Shown piece after piece: positions 15,301 to 30,300 of a stretch of DNA of 64,000 nucleotides. How positions within the stretch are numbered: position 1 is the stretch's first letter; each line of letters begins with the position of its first letter. The notes under the pieces were generated by a model. It was given only the letters and a program-made list of their open reading frames with translations. It was not told the origin of the DNA and searched no databases. Both the position numbers and the translations under genes were made by a program. Origin of the DNA: Sphaerodactylus townsendi (Eukaryota); the NCBI RefSeq assembly GCF_021028975.2, contig NC_059428.1, forward strand, positions 41,974,001 to 42,038,000, given 5' to 3'.

Positions 15301-18300
15301 TTGTAAAATAGGTGAACTTTGCTATGTTTGCATATGTTCTATGAGCTGTATATATGAATGAAGCAAGTACATGAAAGCTCCAACTCCCTCCCCAGTGCAG
15401 CCCACCCCCCCATAAAAAGCTTCTTCTGAAGTCTGGGGCCCTTCAAGAATTATTTGGTATGCAATGCAAGGGATTGCAGTAAGAAAAAGGATCAGCTGAA
15501 ATTCCCTCCCCTTTTTTGTGAAAGCTTTTGTTCCACTCATACAACAGAGCAATTTCAGCTGATGCCCTCCTCCAGAATGGTCTTCTATGCCACATTTCAC
15601 ATTGTTCACAAAATTTCCTCACCCTTAAGGCTGGGCTTTTGAAGGAGAGGCCTCCACTGTTCCAAAAGAATTAGTCTCCAACTGATATTAACTACTCAAG
15701 ACTCTTTCGTTCATTCTGCTCTTTACCCACAGAGTTCAGTACAGCTACAAAAAATGTAGCACAATTTGAATTAAAAGTTCATTATTATTCATTCTGGAAA
15801 AAGTCTCCAAAGTTTTCAGTTGTAAATTAGTACTCTGTACTTTCACGTGGAAGTGCATCACATACTATTGCTAAGCAATGGTCCACAGTCTAAAAACCAG
15901 TGGTACAGGTACTAATTTATGCTGCACTGTTTGAGTACAGAATGAAACCATCTTCTAATTGTTCCCTCATCCTTCTCTGTAGATTCTTCCAGCAGTTGGT
16001 TTTTTAATGTTTTGAAGTTTGCTGTTGTACACTATAGATGTCAAAGGATGTTTTCATTACAAAAGACATTGCTCCATTGAGAGATGTATAAAAAGTCCTC
16101 TGAGAAAACCGAACAGTTCACAGAGGAATGGGTAAGTTGCTAGTAGTAACACAACTCTGTCTTCTCTGCAAAACAAAGGACTGAGGATATGAAGAAATGA
16201 AGAAAGGACTGAGGATATGATGAATAATAAACCCTACATGAAACAGTGAAAATATTTCCTTTCTGGGAAAGAGATAAAACTGTGAACAGATTTCTCTCAT
16301 AGTTGTAAACATACATTTTTAGATATGTATGACAGGAACTCAATATATAATATTTCAAATTGGGAGAAATAATCCCAGTACTATTCCTAAAACTTGTAGA
16401 AACTAGCATGAAGGTTTAACAAGAGATCAGAATGGACAAATTCCCTCTCAAATGAAACAATCGCAAAAGCAGGTTTGGAGAATCCCTCCAGAAGGTGTGT
16501 GGAAAATGGCAAATGTCCACCAGATAACAACGAATACTTGCTCATAGAAAACAATTACATGCAGTAGTAAAGAGGTAAAGGTGAGTTATATCTGTGAGTT
16601 AACCAAACATACCTTTTAGATATAAAAAGGCTTTGGTGAGGAGAACTTAAAATTTGCCATATCTCTATACTGTCAGCAGATGATGAGGTTTGCTGAGTTG
16701 ACTGCAACTTGACAACATGAGATAAATTAGCATCAGTTATAGGATGTGTCTTAATGTATTTTCTTCCTACTTCCGTCTTCAGGACATTCGTCAACATAAC
16801 TTTGGGTTGCCTGTCATACATACAATAATAGGATTGATAAATAAAGTAATGAAGTCTAAATAAGATACTTGAATTCAGCAAAGTTTCCTTAGAGGACTTG
16901 ATAATCACAGTGTTATATTTTCACTTTAGAGATCTCAGACAATGATTTGTAAATAATCTTTTTGAACATATGAAAATTAAGGTGGATTACCTTAACTGTT
17001 TCTGCTTTTCAGGCTATTGCTAGTCTTTTAAAAATATATTCTTGCTTGAGATGGCTTTATCTTCTGTGTATCTAAAGCGTGACCAATGCTGTCCTCTTTA
17101 TTCTGATGCTAGCAAATTACATCTGATATTTTTGCTTGGATATCTGATAAAGTCCAACTGTTCACAGGTAACAAAAAAGTCAATTGCCCTTCTGAATTGA
17201 AGGATTATGAACAACAGTGTCGGGGGATGTGTTAAATAACTAAGAATCACCTGTATCTAAGTCTCCTAAAATTACAGAATGATTCAGAGGAAGCCCAAGA
17301 AATCAGGGCTCAGTCCTAGAAGGGAACAGACATTTCAGCCAGAAGTTCTGTAACAGCTATAGCAGTGGTTCTCAACCTTCCTAATGCCACAACCCTTTAA
17401 TACAGTTCCTCATGTTGTGGTGATCCCCAACCCTCACATTTATCCATTTTACAGATGGAGAACAGAGAGTCTTAGGCGACCCCTGTGACAGGGTCGTTCG
17501 ACCCCAAAGGGGTCCCGACCCCCAGGTTGAGAACCACTGAGATATAGCATCTTCCTCTGAGTGTAAGTTTATCCTGAGATACTCTGTAAATTCAGCAGCG
17601 CATAGGCAGATTTTCTTTCAGAAATCCATTTGCTGATCTGGGTAATTCTGTAGAGTCAGAGTAGTATCCCAGAGACTAGTATCTGGGCGTATAACAAGTG
17701 TTCAAAGAAATATATGAATATATGAGCATACTGAGATTTTCTTTGAGATAATCATGTCATTATCACAAAAGCAACATGCAAACAAGGCCACAAAGAGAGG
17801 GCCAGATTAAAATCTGCATATAGAAACTTTGGCTGAAAAAAGATAATATGCATTACGTATAGAGTGTCAAGAAATGAAGGGGTTAACCTTGTTTCTAAGC
17901 TGGGTGGATGCCTGAGTAAGATTTCTTGGCCTGGGTTGTCCTTAAGGTGACTCAGGTGCTCTCTATCTACCAAGGTCACAGACTGTTTTTCTAGAATGGA
18001 CTAGAATTCAACTGAGATAATTTAATGGTTAATTGTTAACTGGGTAATTAGGTCATCATGCCCAGTGAGAGATCCCTATTTAATTAGTATTCAGGACTGT
18101 CTTGCTACTCTTCTGCCTCCTGTACCTGCTGCAAAACATTCTGTCTCTTTCAACTCTGAATATGCTCCAACTATTTGTTTCCAACTACTACTACCCTGTT
18201 TCCCCGAATATAAGACATCCCTGGAAAATAAGACGTAGTAGAGGTTTTGCTGAAGTGCGAAATATAAGGCATCCCCCAAAAGTCAGACGTAGCAAAGTTT

Positions 18301-21300
18301 TTGTTTGGAAGCATGCCTGACGAACAGAATACAGAAATATAAGACATCCCCTGAAAATAAGACATAGCACATCTTTGGAAGCAAAAATTAATATAAGACA
18401 CTGTCTTATATTCGGGGAAACACGGTACTGATGGAGAATTGTGTAAGTATAGGCTAATTTAGCTTTACTGCTTTGTAGGTGTTCATTTGACTCAGTTGTG
18501 TCTCTATTATGTTTTAAGGTGTTTCCTTTCTTGGCTTTGCTTGTAAACTACCAAGCTTCTTTTTTTCTATTTTTTGTTTTTAATAAACTTTTTTTAAAAA
18601 TCCTTAAAAGGTTGTGTTGCTCTGAGTTCCTGGGTCAAAATGCACAATAAAGTATAAAATGAAAATACATAGGCCCCTCTTTCGCCATCACTATGAGACA
18701 GCTTGTTTTCTGTGAAGATATTACATGAATGCATTTATAGCACATGCATATTCAAAGTTTTGAAAGCTAGAATTTTACTAGGATTCATTTTATTAGTGTT
18801 AACAACATGAAGAGTAGTCCATTTATACAATATAACTATTGGCATTCTGATCTTCCAAGAACAACTTTACAAAGCTAACCACAGTGCCCACAGAAGTCCA
18901 AAGACACTGTTAACTTCATACATAAGAATTCATGTATTTCTCTTCAACTGCTGGCAACAAAAACAGCTGTTCAGTTAATAATACCGCTTGAAACTTAACA
19001 TCATACAAGTAGAACAGATTCTGACATTAACCTAGATAAACCAGTATTTTCAAAAAAGAGCTTTTAATACATGTTTTATTTTTATATATTTATGATCTAT
19101 CTTATATAGATATTTATCATGGTAACTGGTAGTTCCCAACATTCTCTCTGTCATTCTTCAAAATTCTATCATTCCACCGAGAAACAGCCCCAGTACTTCC
19201 CAAAAGGTATTTGCAAAATATTGTTCTTCCTCCACCATTTCCCATCGGTTATACTGGTAAACATTTCACTAGTCCATCTTTTAAATATTAATCCATTTAT
19301 ATTACATAAATGAGAATATTTATGTAGCTATAAGAACGGAGCAAGACAAGGGTATACTATAAAGTGAAGTGCATCCCTGAAAAGCAGCAGGTAGGAAAAT
19401 CAACATAAGTAGCCTGATGAGATTGACTGCACCAATTCCTGTGCATTTTAGTATGGCGCATACCAATAGATCAATGCAACATCAAAATATTGTATTATGC
19501 TGACACTGGGTTGGATCCAGTGCAAAATTTCGACTTGCTCTAGAGCTATTGAATAAACAAATGCAAGAAAGATTACAGTAACCACTTGTGCTACTTCAAG
19601 CTCACTGTATGTTCATTTGAGTTTCCACTGGCACAAGATGCAACCAATATTCAGGCACTTCATTACACAGGGAGGAAAGTACTAGGCGTTATGTAAGTTT
19701 TTGTCAACTGGAATCACACTAGATATTACACAAGTTCTTTCACAAATGGAACTGACCTGGATCCAGTAATACAGAAATAGGAACATAAACAGACTTAATG
19801 CAATTCCATTTGCGCAAGATCGTTTGCAATACCTAATGCTTTCCTCCCTGTGTGCTTGCAGAAAACCATCCTGGTTTTTGTGTTTTAATTAGAATATTCA
19901 AAAGATTTTTTTACCAAGGAAGTTGAAAACAAAAGCACCAGAAAATAAAGACTCCAGAGTAGTTTGAATAATGGAGCTTGAGGAATTTCCCTCACGTTAA
20001 CTAATAGTCACTGCCCATCTGAAATGTACAAGCATTAAACTGATTTTACAAACATGCTGAATTAATATGGCAAAATAAATTGCTATGTTTAACTTCAGCT
20101 TGTTGCACTACCTCAAAGACATATATAAATCTCAATTAGTCTGCTGCTTGTTTCTTTTCTCACCTCCAGGTGGAACTCCCAAGTTTTACTCCAAGCGTCC
20201 CAGTATTGCCGAGCAGTAGCCTCACAATGTATAAACCTGCTCACTGTTAGTCAGCTACCATGAATAGATAGGGAAAGGGTAAGGAAGACCAGTGCAAATC
20301 CTGAAGAGGGGAAATAGTTGTGGCACAGCCAGGGGGACAGGACAGCTGTGCTGCCTCCTAAGAGGCTTGCTGTGCCATGGCTTTCAAACCAAAGGTAGAA
20401 CTGCCCTTTTCCTTTGCAAGTGGCCTCTGTGGCACATTGGGCCGCACTACTGATTTTGCTGGTGTAGGTGTGTGCTGGCAAATGTGGTGTTCCTGGTCCA
20501 GAAGGGCTCACGAAGCTGACTACAGCTGGCTCTCACCACCGAAAACACCCCCTTTGATGCCGGTGTGGTCTCCTGCACTGCGGATGTGATGGCACCGCAG
20601 CTACAATGGCACCTTGGTGTTGCACTGCTGCATAGCTCCCCAGTGCCGGCGTAAGTGCCTCTGTGTTAGTACAAATGCCCCTTATGTCAGCATTAGTAGC
20701 ATTCTGCCTCCGCAGCAGTTTCCCCTCCCCCCCAGATTGCACTATTAGCCTCCAACTCAGATACAAATCATCCATCAGTTATTCTGTGGGTCCAATTATT
20801 TCGGTATCCTACATAAGTATTGCTTTGAAACTCAAAATAGATCTTACATTCCCCTGCCCCCCTTTTGCTAATTTGTCATAGACCATTTTGAGGATGCTTA
20901 CCACTTGCTGTAGTTTAATTGCAAATAGTTTAGTGGGGGCACTCTCTTGGGAAGAGGGAAGAGCAAGGTATGGCAGTATGTGGGATGTGAACTGTTTTTA
21001 ACAGTGTTTCATGAGGAGCAATTTTTACTGTGTAAGTTAGCAAAATGCCTTTTAAACTGACCCTTAGGACACAATGAAGCTGCATAGTCCCAAGCATCTG
21101 GGAAGATGTAATCTTTAAAAAGCCCCACTGACAGCAGAATGCAAAAAGAATGGGTAGGTTCAACTTCTGCTCTATTTAAGCATGTCTTTATGAAGAATGT
21201 GAAAAATGATTATTCATCTAATTGGGATTCAAATATCACAAGCCACAGTTAGCAAAACAAGTACCAATCGTGGTTTAGAATCTGCATTTAATGCCTATCA

Positions 21301-24300
21301 TCAAACAACAGTTTGTTGGCCAGCCTGCATTTGGATGTCACAGCAAACTGGTGTTTCATCAGCTTGGTTTATCATGTAATCTGAATGCAGACAAACAAAA
21401 AAGGAATACACTTCTGGTAATACTGAATCAGAAACAAGTCTCCATCAAACGAGGCAATTGCTTCTACTCATTGCAGACTAATAAAAGTTTTCCAACTTTG
21501 CTCATATTAGAACATATAACACAATCATTTTCTACCATCACATAAATTGTTAAGGGACAGTTTGATTTTTACTAAATAACCCAGTCATATTTGTGATTGA
21601 GTATACAGCTCAGGATATTGCCCATTGTGGAAGTTCTGTAGGAATCAATGGAACTTCCAAGAAAGTAGCTAAATGTACAACGTGCATGCCAGGATTTATA
21701 CCAATCATAGCTTCATAAACCACTACAAACATAATGTAGATTTAATAGATTAGATCCATAGTTTATGTCCTGCTAAGGGTAGAAGCGTCAGCCAGGGCAA
21801 GGAGCTTTGCCTTTCTTAGAGGAAGAGTGTGTTCTGCTGATGAGAGGTTACTCGTGCCAGAAAATGTCTCCTCGTAGTAGAGGAAGGCTCCACCTTCAGT
21901 AGAACAGAAACACTGGAACCCATCCAATTTGTCTATGAATTTACATGAACACTGAATTTATATTAATATAGATGCTATGTCTTGTGAGGCTACTTTCAAC
22001 TATAGTCCCATATACATACTTTAGAGTTCATCACCTACAACTGCTTCATGTTCAACCAAAATCCATGGTCCAAAAAGTAATGGCAAGACCACACAGACAG
22101 GCATCCTCAATCGATAACCCACAACTGTTAACATCCCATCCCCCAGAAATCCATCAAAGCATACGTTCAATAATGCTGTAGACATATTAGATTTTCTTCT
22201 TCAGACCGATTTTCAACAATTGGAGGGTAAGCCCATATGACCTTTTAAAATCTATTTTAGTATACAGCATTTCATATTTTACTTGATTATTTACTAGGTT
22301 AAGTGGGAATTTTTCAAATTGGAATCCATCTCAAGATTGGCAAGGGTAGAAAATAAAACTACATATATCCAAAACTTTGAAAAATTGCAAGCACTATATA
22401 TTCATAGTAGACTGTCAACCAATCAAAAATCTCAGTTGGCAAACCATGTATTTTTGTCAGTTAACAGGTTGACCAATTAAATTGGCATGAATACACTTAG
22501 CAGTATAACAACCATTTTGAAGGAAAAAGCATACTTTCTTTGTTTTTAAATAATGCACATACAGATTCCTGCAAGTATCTGCTTAAAAGTGGTATTTCTT
22601 TCTGTGTGAAGAGGGAAATCCTCTCTTAAGATAATGATTGTCATACGAGTTGTTATAAACCCTTGTGCAAAAAACACTAGAAACCTGCTGCCTGATTACA
22701 CTAGACATTTTTAAAATTACTGTTGCGTAAATTACTGCATAAAATATCTGTTCTTGAGTTTAAAACTTCCACTGCTTACCCAAGTGTTGTTGCATCATCA
22801 TTTATGTGATATTTCTCACAGCGTCTTTTTCTGTTGCAGTTTGTGTGATACAAGTTATTTCTAGTTTCCAACTTCCACTAAAGTGTATCATGGGGAAAGA
22901 ATTGAATAGAAAAAACAGTTAAAGATGTGAAAAGATGGCAGGAGAAATTAATGAGAAAGAGATGAGAAAGGATGTATGCCTTGCAATGGTGAAAAAAATT
23001 ACACGAAATAGGAGAAGAGCAGTAAGAGGAACTCATCATTTACCAAATGATAACACACTTACAGCCCAATCCAGGAGGGGGCGTGTGAATCCCTCTCTGG
23101 AGCTGGCACAGACTTGCATCAGCATGTGTGCCCAACCTGCCAGCACAAGGGGCAAATGCCCTGTGGTGGGGGAGAGTTACTTACCCCAGAGGGTAAGCTC
23201 TGTGCGGCTCTGCAGTTGCCAACTCAGAAGCCGCTGTTCCTGCCTAGACTTGCTGGCACAGGATGCTGCGCTAGCATAGCCAGGGGCATTCCAGAGGGTG
23301 GAGCCAACCTTAGTTGGCTTCCACTGCCAGCCTCATAAATATGCCACATTTTCCATGGCATATCTCTATTATCCCCTGAGAGGGTTTTCATGGGGGGGGG
23401 GGGCTTATTGTGCAGTGGGAAAGCCCTCTTGCAGAGGGCTCTGACACTGCCCCCGGCCACCAGCCCGTTCTGGATTGGGCTGTTGGTATAACCAAATCTA
23501 AACATTATCCAGGCCAGGGGTCTGCAACCTGCAGCTCTGGAGCCACGTGCGGCTCTTTCAGCCTTATTCTGCGGCTGCGCATGGCTGGAGGTCAGAGGGT
23601 AGCGTGGGCGTGTCCCTCTAGCCCTCCAGAGCAGTGCTGAAAGGAAAGGTGAGTGGAGGGGCCAAACCGGAGGCTCTCCGGCTCGGTAGATCTTCGGAGC
23701 CATGGAAAATGGGTCCAAATGGCTCTTTGGGTGGTAAAGGTTGCAGATCCCTGATCCAGGCCATTAAAAACAAACAAACAACTCTTCGGTATCAAAGAGA
23801 AAATAAATTTAACTATTCCTACAGTGCAACTGGACTGGAAATTTTTGTATGATGAGTATAAATAACACACCTGTTTTCAGTTTCTAAGTGAGAAGAAATT
23901 GGACAATCTTCTCCCTCAATTAAGATAAATAATCGTATCCAAATCAATCTATCACATCCTCATTTAAGAAAAACTAGGAAATGATGAGGAACCCTGAAAA
24001 CAAACCATCTCATGAAATATTCTGCACTTTGGAATGGACAAATTAAACTTTTAAAGAAAATGTTTCACTCACAAAATGTACAGCATGAAAAAGTATGAGG
24101 ATTTTTAAAATTAAAAAATTAGGAAACTCAGATAAAAACTAAGGCTTTTTTTCTTTTTCCATTGGTGGAATTCTTTTTAAGACAAGATTTTATTCATTCA
24201 AAATGAATAAATTCATGAATTCATTCAAAAAATATAACAAGGTTTTTAATGTAAGATATATATATTGATTCAACAAATATAACAACATTTTTAATGGAAA

Positions 24301-27300
24301 ACTACCAGTAATTACAGGGTACACGGAAGACATGCACAACATATTTTCAAGGATATGTTTATTATCCAAATGTGAATGTCCTGAGCAACAATTAAGATGT
24401 TGTGTATAAAGTGATGCTGTTCCTATCTATTATGACTGCATTAAACTTTTCTATCCACATAATACACTTTGTCTTGTTTACCATAAAATTTATTTTCCAA
24501 TGTAAGAAGAGCCCTGCTGGATCAGACTAGTTGTCCATCTAGTCCAGCATCCTGCCTCACAATGTGGTCAACCAGTTATTTTGGAGGGCTGACAAGTCTG
24601 CAGAGGCCTGATTTTGCCTTCTGGCACTGTTATTCAACAGGTTTAGTCCCTCTGAATGTAGAGGTTCCCTATTGTTACCATGGCCAGTAGCCACTAACAG
24701 TGTAACCCTATGGAGAGTTCATTGATTTCAACAGGTTTAGACTGGAGCACCATTTAGAATCAGGGTCCAGATGTTCAGGGACATGCACTTCCCATCAAAG
24801 TTTCTACCAGCATGGCCAATTGGCCATGCTGACAGAGGCTGATGGGAAGTGTAGTTCCTGAACATCTGGAGAGCCGCAGGTTCCCTACCCCTGCACTAAA
24901 GGATCTATCCTCCATGAATTTGTCTAGTCCCCTTTTACAATCATCTATGCTTGTGGTCATAACTACATCAATTCTCCTATCAGTTTCTATTTTTTCCTAC
25001 CTTTCAGGTGACAAAAATTAAGATACATGTGGTAAGGTAATATAGAGCACACAGTTTGCATCCTCTCTCTCAAATATTGTGTATATTTGCAATTTTGCTT
25101 GTAGAAAAGTAATGCACCAATACTCTCATACAAGGACGTAGGTAAGGTGGAGGGTTCCCGGGTTCAACCCCCCATTACATGTCTGAAGCTCCGCCCCCTG
25201 CCCCCCCACCAGCTGGGCTCCCAGTTGGCAGTTCCTTCTGCCCTCCCTTCCGGGCAGCTGCTTTTATAAGCATTGAGGCGGGGGGCAGGGCTCAGGGGTT
25301 GGGCCACACCCCACCCGCCCCTGGGGGTGTGGCCACACCTCCCCAAGCCCCGTCCCCATTCTCAGTGCTTATAAAAGCAGCTCTCCAAGGCCAGGGATGG
25401 CAGTCTCTTGTGGCTTCACCGGAGGAGAGGGCAAAAGGGACTGCCGGCTGCCAGCTCAGCCGGCTGTGGGGGGGAGGGGGGAGCAGAGGGCAGAACCAAG
25501 CAGCGGCAAAGCTGAGGGGAGTGCGGAGGTGTGGCCACGCCCCAAACCCATCCCATAAAAAATGTATACCTACATCACTGCTGTCATATTCCATAAAAAT
25601 GACCAACAGTTATACTCTTATATGCTAGATAGGTTCCAGATTATACTTTTTCTATAGTTGAAGTAGCAAAATAAAATGCATAGGAAATTATTGCATATAT
25701 TTCCATTTTCCAAAACATTTCTCATTTTTTCTGGGAAAAGGAAAGATCCAGCCTTAGCTCTGCCTGCCATGAAAGCTCAGTGGGTGACCCTCAGTTACTC
25801 CCTCTCAGCATAACCAACTTCATAGAGTTGTTACTGTGAGGACAAAATGGAGGAAGGGAGCACAATATTTTAAGTTACACTGCATGGCCACTTGAAGGAG
25901 AGGATAGCAAACAAACAAATATAAAAGAAAGGCAACATGATCAAACAACTGACTTGTACAACATTTATAACAGGCAAACGTCAATTACACAAAATATAGT
26001 TTAAAGATACAATTTATCATAATGGACAGTCTTTACTGTTAAAATTAATTAGATATTTTTTTCTTTACATAACATAAAAGCAAAACTATGTTTACTATTT
26101 TTAAAGGAAATAAAAAAACACTATCAGCATGTAGAACCAACAGCAAGTAGCTTCTCTTTACCTCTTTCAACGGGTAGTCCCAATGGTGGGCATCTGTGAG
26201 TCTGGACAATGGGGACTGAATACGAATTTCATCTGATTGCATATTGGCTTTCTTCTTTGGTATTCGAAACTGAAATAAGATTTTACATTTACTTTTGTTA
26301 TACACACACAAAAGTGAGAAACAGTATCTTTTTGCCAAACACTGGAATACAGGTTTTTTAAAACCTGATGTTGGAACCAACTGGCTGGCATTATTATGTC
26401 CACACTAAATAAAGGACTGGATATAATAAAAGTACAAGCATTTATTAACAATGACATATGAAACCAATATTTAATATTTGCAGAGTTTTAACCTACAACC
26501 GTATGACATTTCTCCATATCTTTCAGATGGGGAATGGGTCCAAGACCACAGTAACATTGGAAACAACAATGTACCCCACACAGTAGCAGCAAGTGAAGTG
26601 ACATTGCCACCTCCCCTTTTCCTCCATCAAGGATGCTGCTGCAACCCCTTCCCTATAGCTCATATTCCCTCCCCTTTCCTCACTTTCTCTGCTGAGACTT
26701 TGAAGGGTGAAGAATGGTGCATAGCAGCAAGCTGTTCCATGCCTTTTTGAAGCCTGAGGTTGGGTTCTTCAGGCAGACATTTTACCTGCAGTTCCCCCTT
26801 TGAGCCAGATCAAAGGCATTTTTTTAGCATGGTTTAAAGGAGGAAGCCCCCAAAAACTCACGAGTCATGCTCAAAATGAGCACAATGTTATGTGAACATT
26901 GCCATTTAATTTGTGTTCCTGGGGCAGGGTGAGAATTCATGAAGAAGCAGTCCAAGTTCTAAGAAAGGATTGCTTTCTGTATTTCCTCACAGTGTCACAA
27001 AATGGTTATATTTTGTACACATTACATTTGTACACATTACATTCCCACATCTGCAGGCTCTTCCAGAAAAACTTCTTTATATTGTTAACAAATCCAGGTG
27101 GTTTCTACCCCAAAGTTGTTTCAGGAACTCAGTACATACTTGCAACCAAAATGAAGCAGCTACAACTCCTTCAGTACTGGCCAAGCACAAGGAGTAACAA
27201 GCAGGGGTGTAGCTACAGAAAATCCCCGGGGCAAGCACTGAAACTGCACCCCCCTTGCCCGGGCTCCACTGCCCCAGAAGTCCATTTAATGGAGTTGATT

Positions 27301-30300
27301 CTCAGGAAATGTTTTTGGCTATGCACACATTTGCCCTGGGATAAACTCAGAGTTCAACGGTACTTCCTTCTAAGGTTGATTGGTTACTTGATGAGATATC
27401 CAATTGATAGCAGCAGAACTTACTTCTGAATAAACATGGATGAGGTTAGTCTCTCTCTCAAACACTAGATGATCACACATCATTTGTGTGCAGCTCTGGC
27501 AGGGGTGGCTGGGGGTGGCAGCAACCAGTGGCGCACAGGGCAGGAGTGGAAACGCTTTTGGCTCCTGGGTTGTGGGTGAGGGATGTGGGCAGCCAAATGC
27601 ATCCCCATGTAATGCCCTCAAGTGGCGCCCAGGGCTTAAGCCCCTTGGGCCACCTCTTACCATGCCTACGGGAACAACCAGAAGAAGGAAATGAAAAACA
27701 GGGAAAACTGTGATTGAAGGGAATAGCAAGCAGTAAAGGTGTCAGGATGGCCCCTTTCAGGCGATCGGGGAAGGCGACTCTAGCCATCGCTATCAGGCAC
27801 CAGCCTGTCTCCCCACCTCCTCCCGGATCGAGGGCTGATAGCCAGGCTGGCCTGGCATCCTCCTAGGTGTGAAGTAGTTCCTGTCCTTTGTGTTACTATC
27901 GTTGTGTTGTGATGTTCCTACTCTCCCCTTTTGTTATCTTGCTGCAGCAGGCGCCTTCGGCCCGGAGGGGGGTTGTGGGTATCAGGGATTAAAGATCCAG
28001 CCCGAGCTCTGTTCCGCAGAAATCGTCTATGTCTCCTTATGCTTTGGTTATCCAGTAAAGTCTACAGTTTGAAAACTACAGTTGCTTTATTTTGAGACTG
28101 AAGTCTTACAAAAGGCAGAAATGAAACATTAAAAGTTTCAGAGAAAGAAAGGCAGTAAACAGTGCATAACAACAGCAATGTCAACAAACATACAAAAAAA
28201 TTTTTTGGAAATATGAAAAAAACATGATTTAGGGATAAGATAGGAAAAGAGACAAAGGAGTAGAGTAAAAATGAGAGTGAGATTACAAATTTTTAAAAAC
28301 AAGAAAACCTCTAAAGAATGGATGTACAATGACTAACATTGAAAATCAGATAGAACAATGGAGATCTCAATAAAGTCTACTTTGTTCATGTTATTTTAGA
28401 ATATATTTGGGTCATCCTAGCAAAAAGAACAAAAAGTCACTCAGAGAATAGGAGGAAAAAGAGAAGCAGAGCGATAATCGTGAATATATAATTAGTGCTA
28501 ATTAAAATCTTGCTATTATAGAAGAGTATCAACATCATTTTTTTTCTAAGAATGTATTCATATAGTGCTCTCAATAACCAAAGCATTTCACAAATAGTAT
28601 TCTTAAACGTATTCTTACAGACAGGTATGTTTGTTCATTCGCATTTATATTTAGATATTTATATCCCACTTTTCTCCCCATGTGGACTCAAAACAGCTTA
28701 CAATGTGCCCCCCCCCCTTCATTGTATCCTCACAACAGCTGAGAGAATGACTGACCCAAGCTCAACCCAGCTTGTTTTCATGGTAAAGTAACAATTCTAA
28801 CCTGGGTCTCCCAGATCCCAGTTCAATATCATGTTCTGCCCCAAGGTGTATGCAACCACTTCTGAGCTGAATTCCCAAATAATGAGCTGAATTCCCAAAT
28901 AATGGATACAAACAAAGAAAAGCTTACTTTAAGTGGATTTGCATTTTTCCCATACCCTTCCATGGCTGTTACTGAAAGACAAAGAGAGAAAATAGCAGCA
29001 TTTTGCATCATCTTATAATTAGCATTTTCAAAAGCAGGTAATTAAGTTTCACACTATCCTTAGAAAATATTAAGCATTTCTTCAATGTCAAAGGTTTCTA
29101 CATCTCTTGTGCATAAAGAAGCTTTTCTGACAATTGCTTCCTAAATCTGTATGTAACTCCAAGGTAACAGCTATTGTGCATAAGACTGTCAATACTTAGG
29201 GCACTTTTGCACATGCAAAATAATGCACTTTCAACAAACATTGCAGCTGGATTTTACTGTGAGAAATAGCAAAATCTACTTGCAAACAATTGTGAAAGTG
29301 GATTGAAAGTGCATTATTCTGCATGTGCAAAAGTGCCCATAGTGAAGGCATGCTAACTGAACTCCCCTAACTTTTTGCTATTTTCAGGATATTATTTGAT
29401 CATAAGCAGGTCTATATCATTCTTTGTTTGAGAAGTTCTAAGGTAATCAAGATGCAGATTAGAAAATCAACCAATTTAACCTTATAGGAGGGTTCAGATT
29501 AGAACAAACTTTCCCTTTCTTTCTTAGGCAGTATTCGACAAAGAAAGAAGGCAAAGTCCCATGTCTCTGTAATTCATATGGATCTTTTTCCATCATGGAT
29601 ACAGATTGACAGCATTCATACAGAAACTGTGCAGACATAATGCCATCCAATCTTCCAACTATGGTTGGGGTCTTGAGGATGCTCCACAGACCTTCACTTT
29701 CCTCTTATCTTTCTCCCTTCCAGCCTTATGTTTCTTCTCTTCTTTCCTGCTTACATTTACTCCTTCTCAGGGCTAGTTATGGTTAGCATTAATTCTAATA
29801 ATAACAACCAAAGTTTACATTTTGGTTAGAACCAGCTTCTAGGTTTTTTACAGACTATGCAGTCAGTTTAGTTTACAGTAGTAGTTTCAATGGACATAAA
29901 ATAGAATGACTCTGTACCGGATTGCACTGCAATTCTTCTTGATGCAGTGTGTCACACAACTTTAGTAGCTGGCTTTGTGTGTATTCTTTTTATTAGACCA
30001 CTATGGTTGATGCATGTAGAATGCAGAAGATTTAAACTGCATAAAGAATGTTTCTACACTGAGTTTTGAAAAGACATATACTGCTCCTGTCTGTGGAATT
30101 ACACTGTAAATTACAACAATAACAATCTAATGCCTGCTCTGTGAATGAATCTTTCAACCTTGTACAGGTTAAGGACTCACTTTGTAGCATCTATTCTGGC
30201 TACCAATTAGCTTTTGACCTCAGTTCAAGGTCTCAGATCTACAGTCATTCATTATTCAGAATCCACATATCTAAGAGACTGCCCGCTACAATTTACATTC

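Noticed and set aside
20164-20236. Possible extra SENP7 exon ending GAG|GTGAGA
   Set aside because: Good donor but weak acceptor, and the length is not frame-preserving between flanking exons
21851-21932. Possible extra SENP7 exon (TNWMGSSVSVLLKVEPSSTTRRHFLAR)
   Set aside because: In the phase required after the 22780 exon it hits a stop; cannot be supported without RNA data
26899-27429. 176-aa plus-strand ORF
   Set aside because: TTG start, antisense within a SENP7 intron, crosses a repeat, no domain
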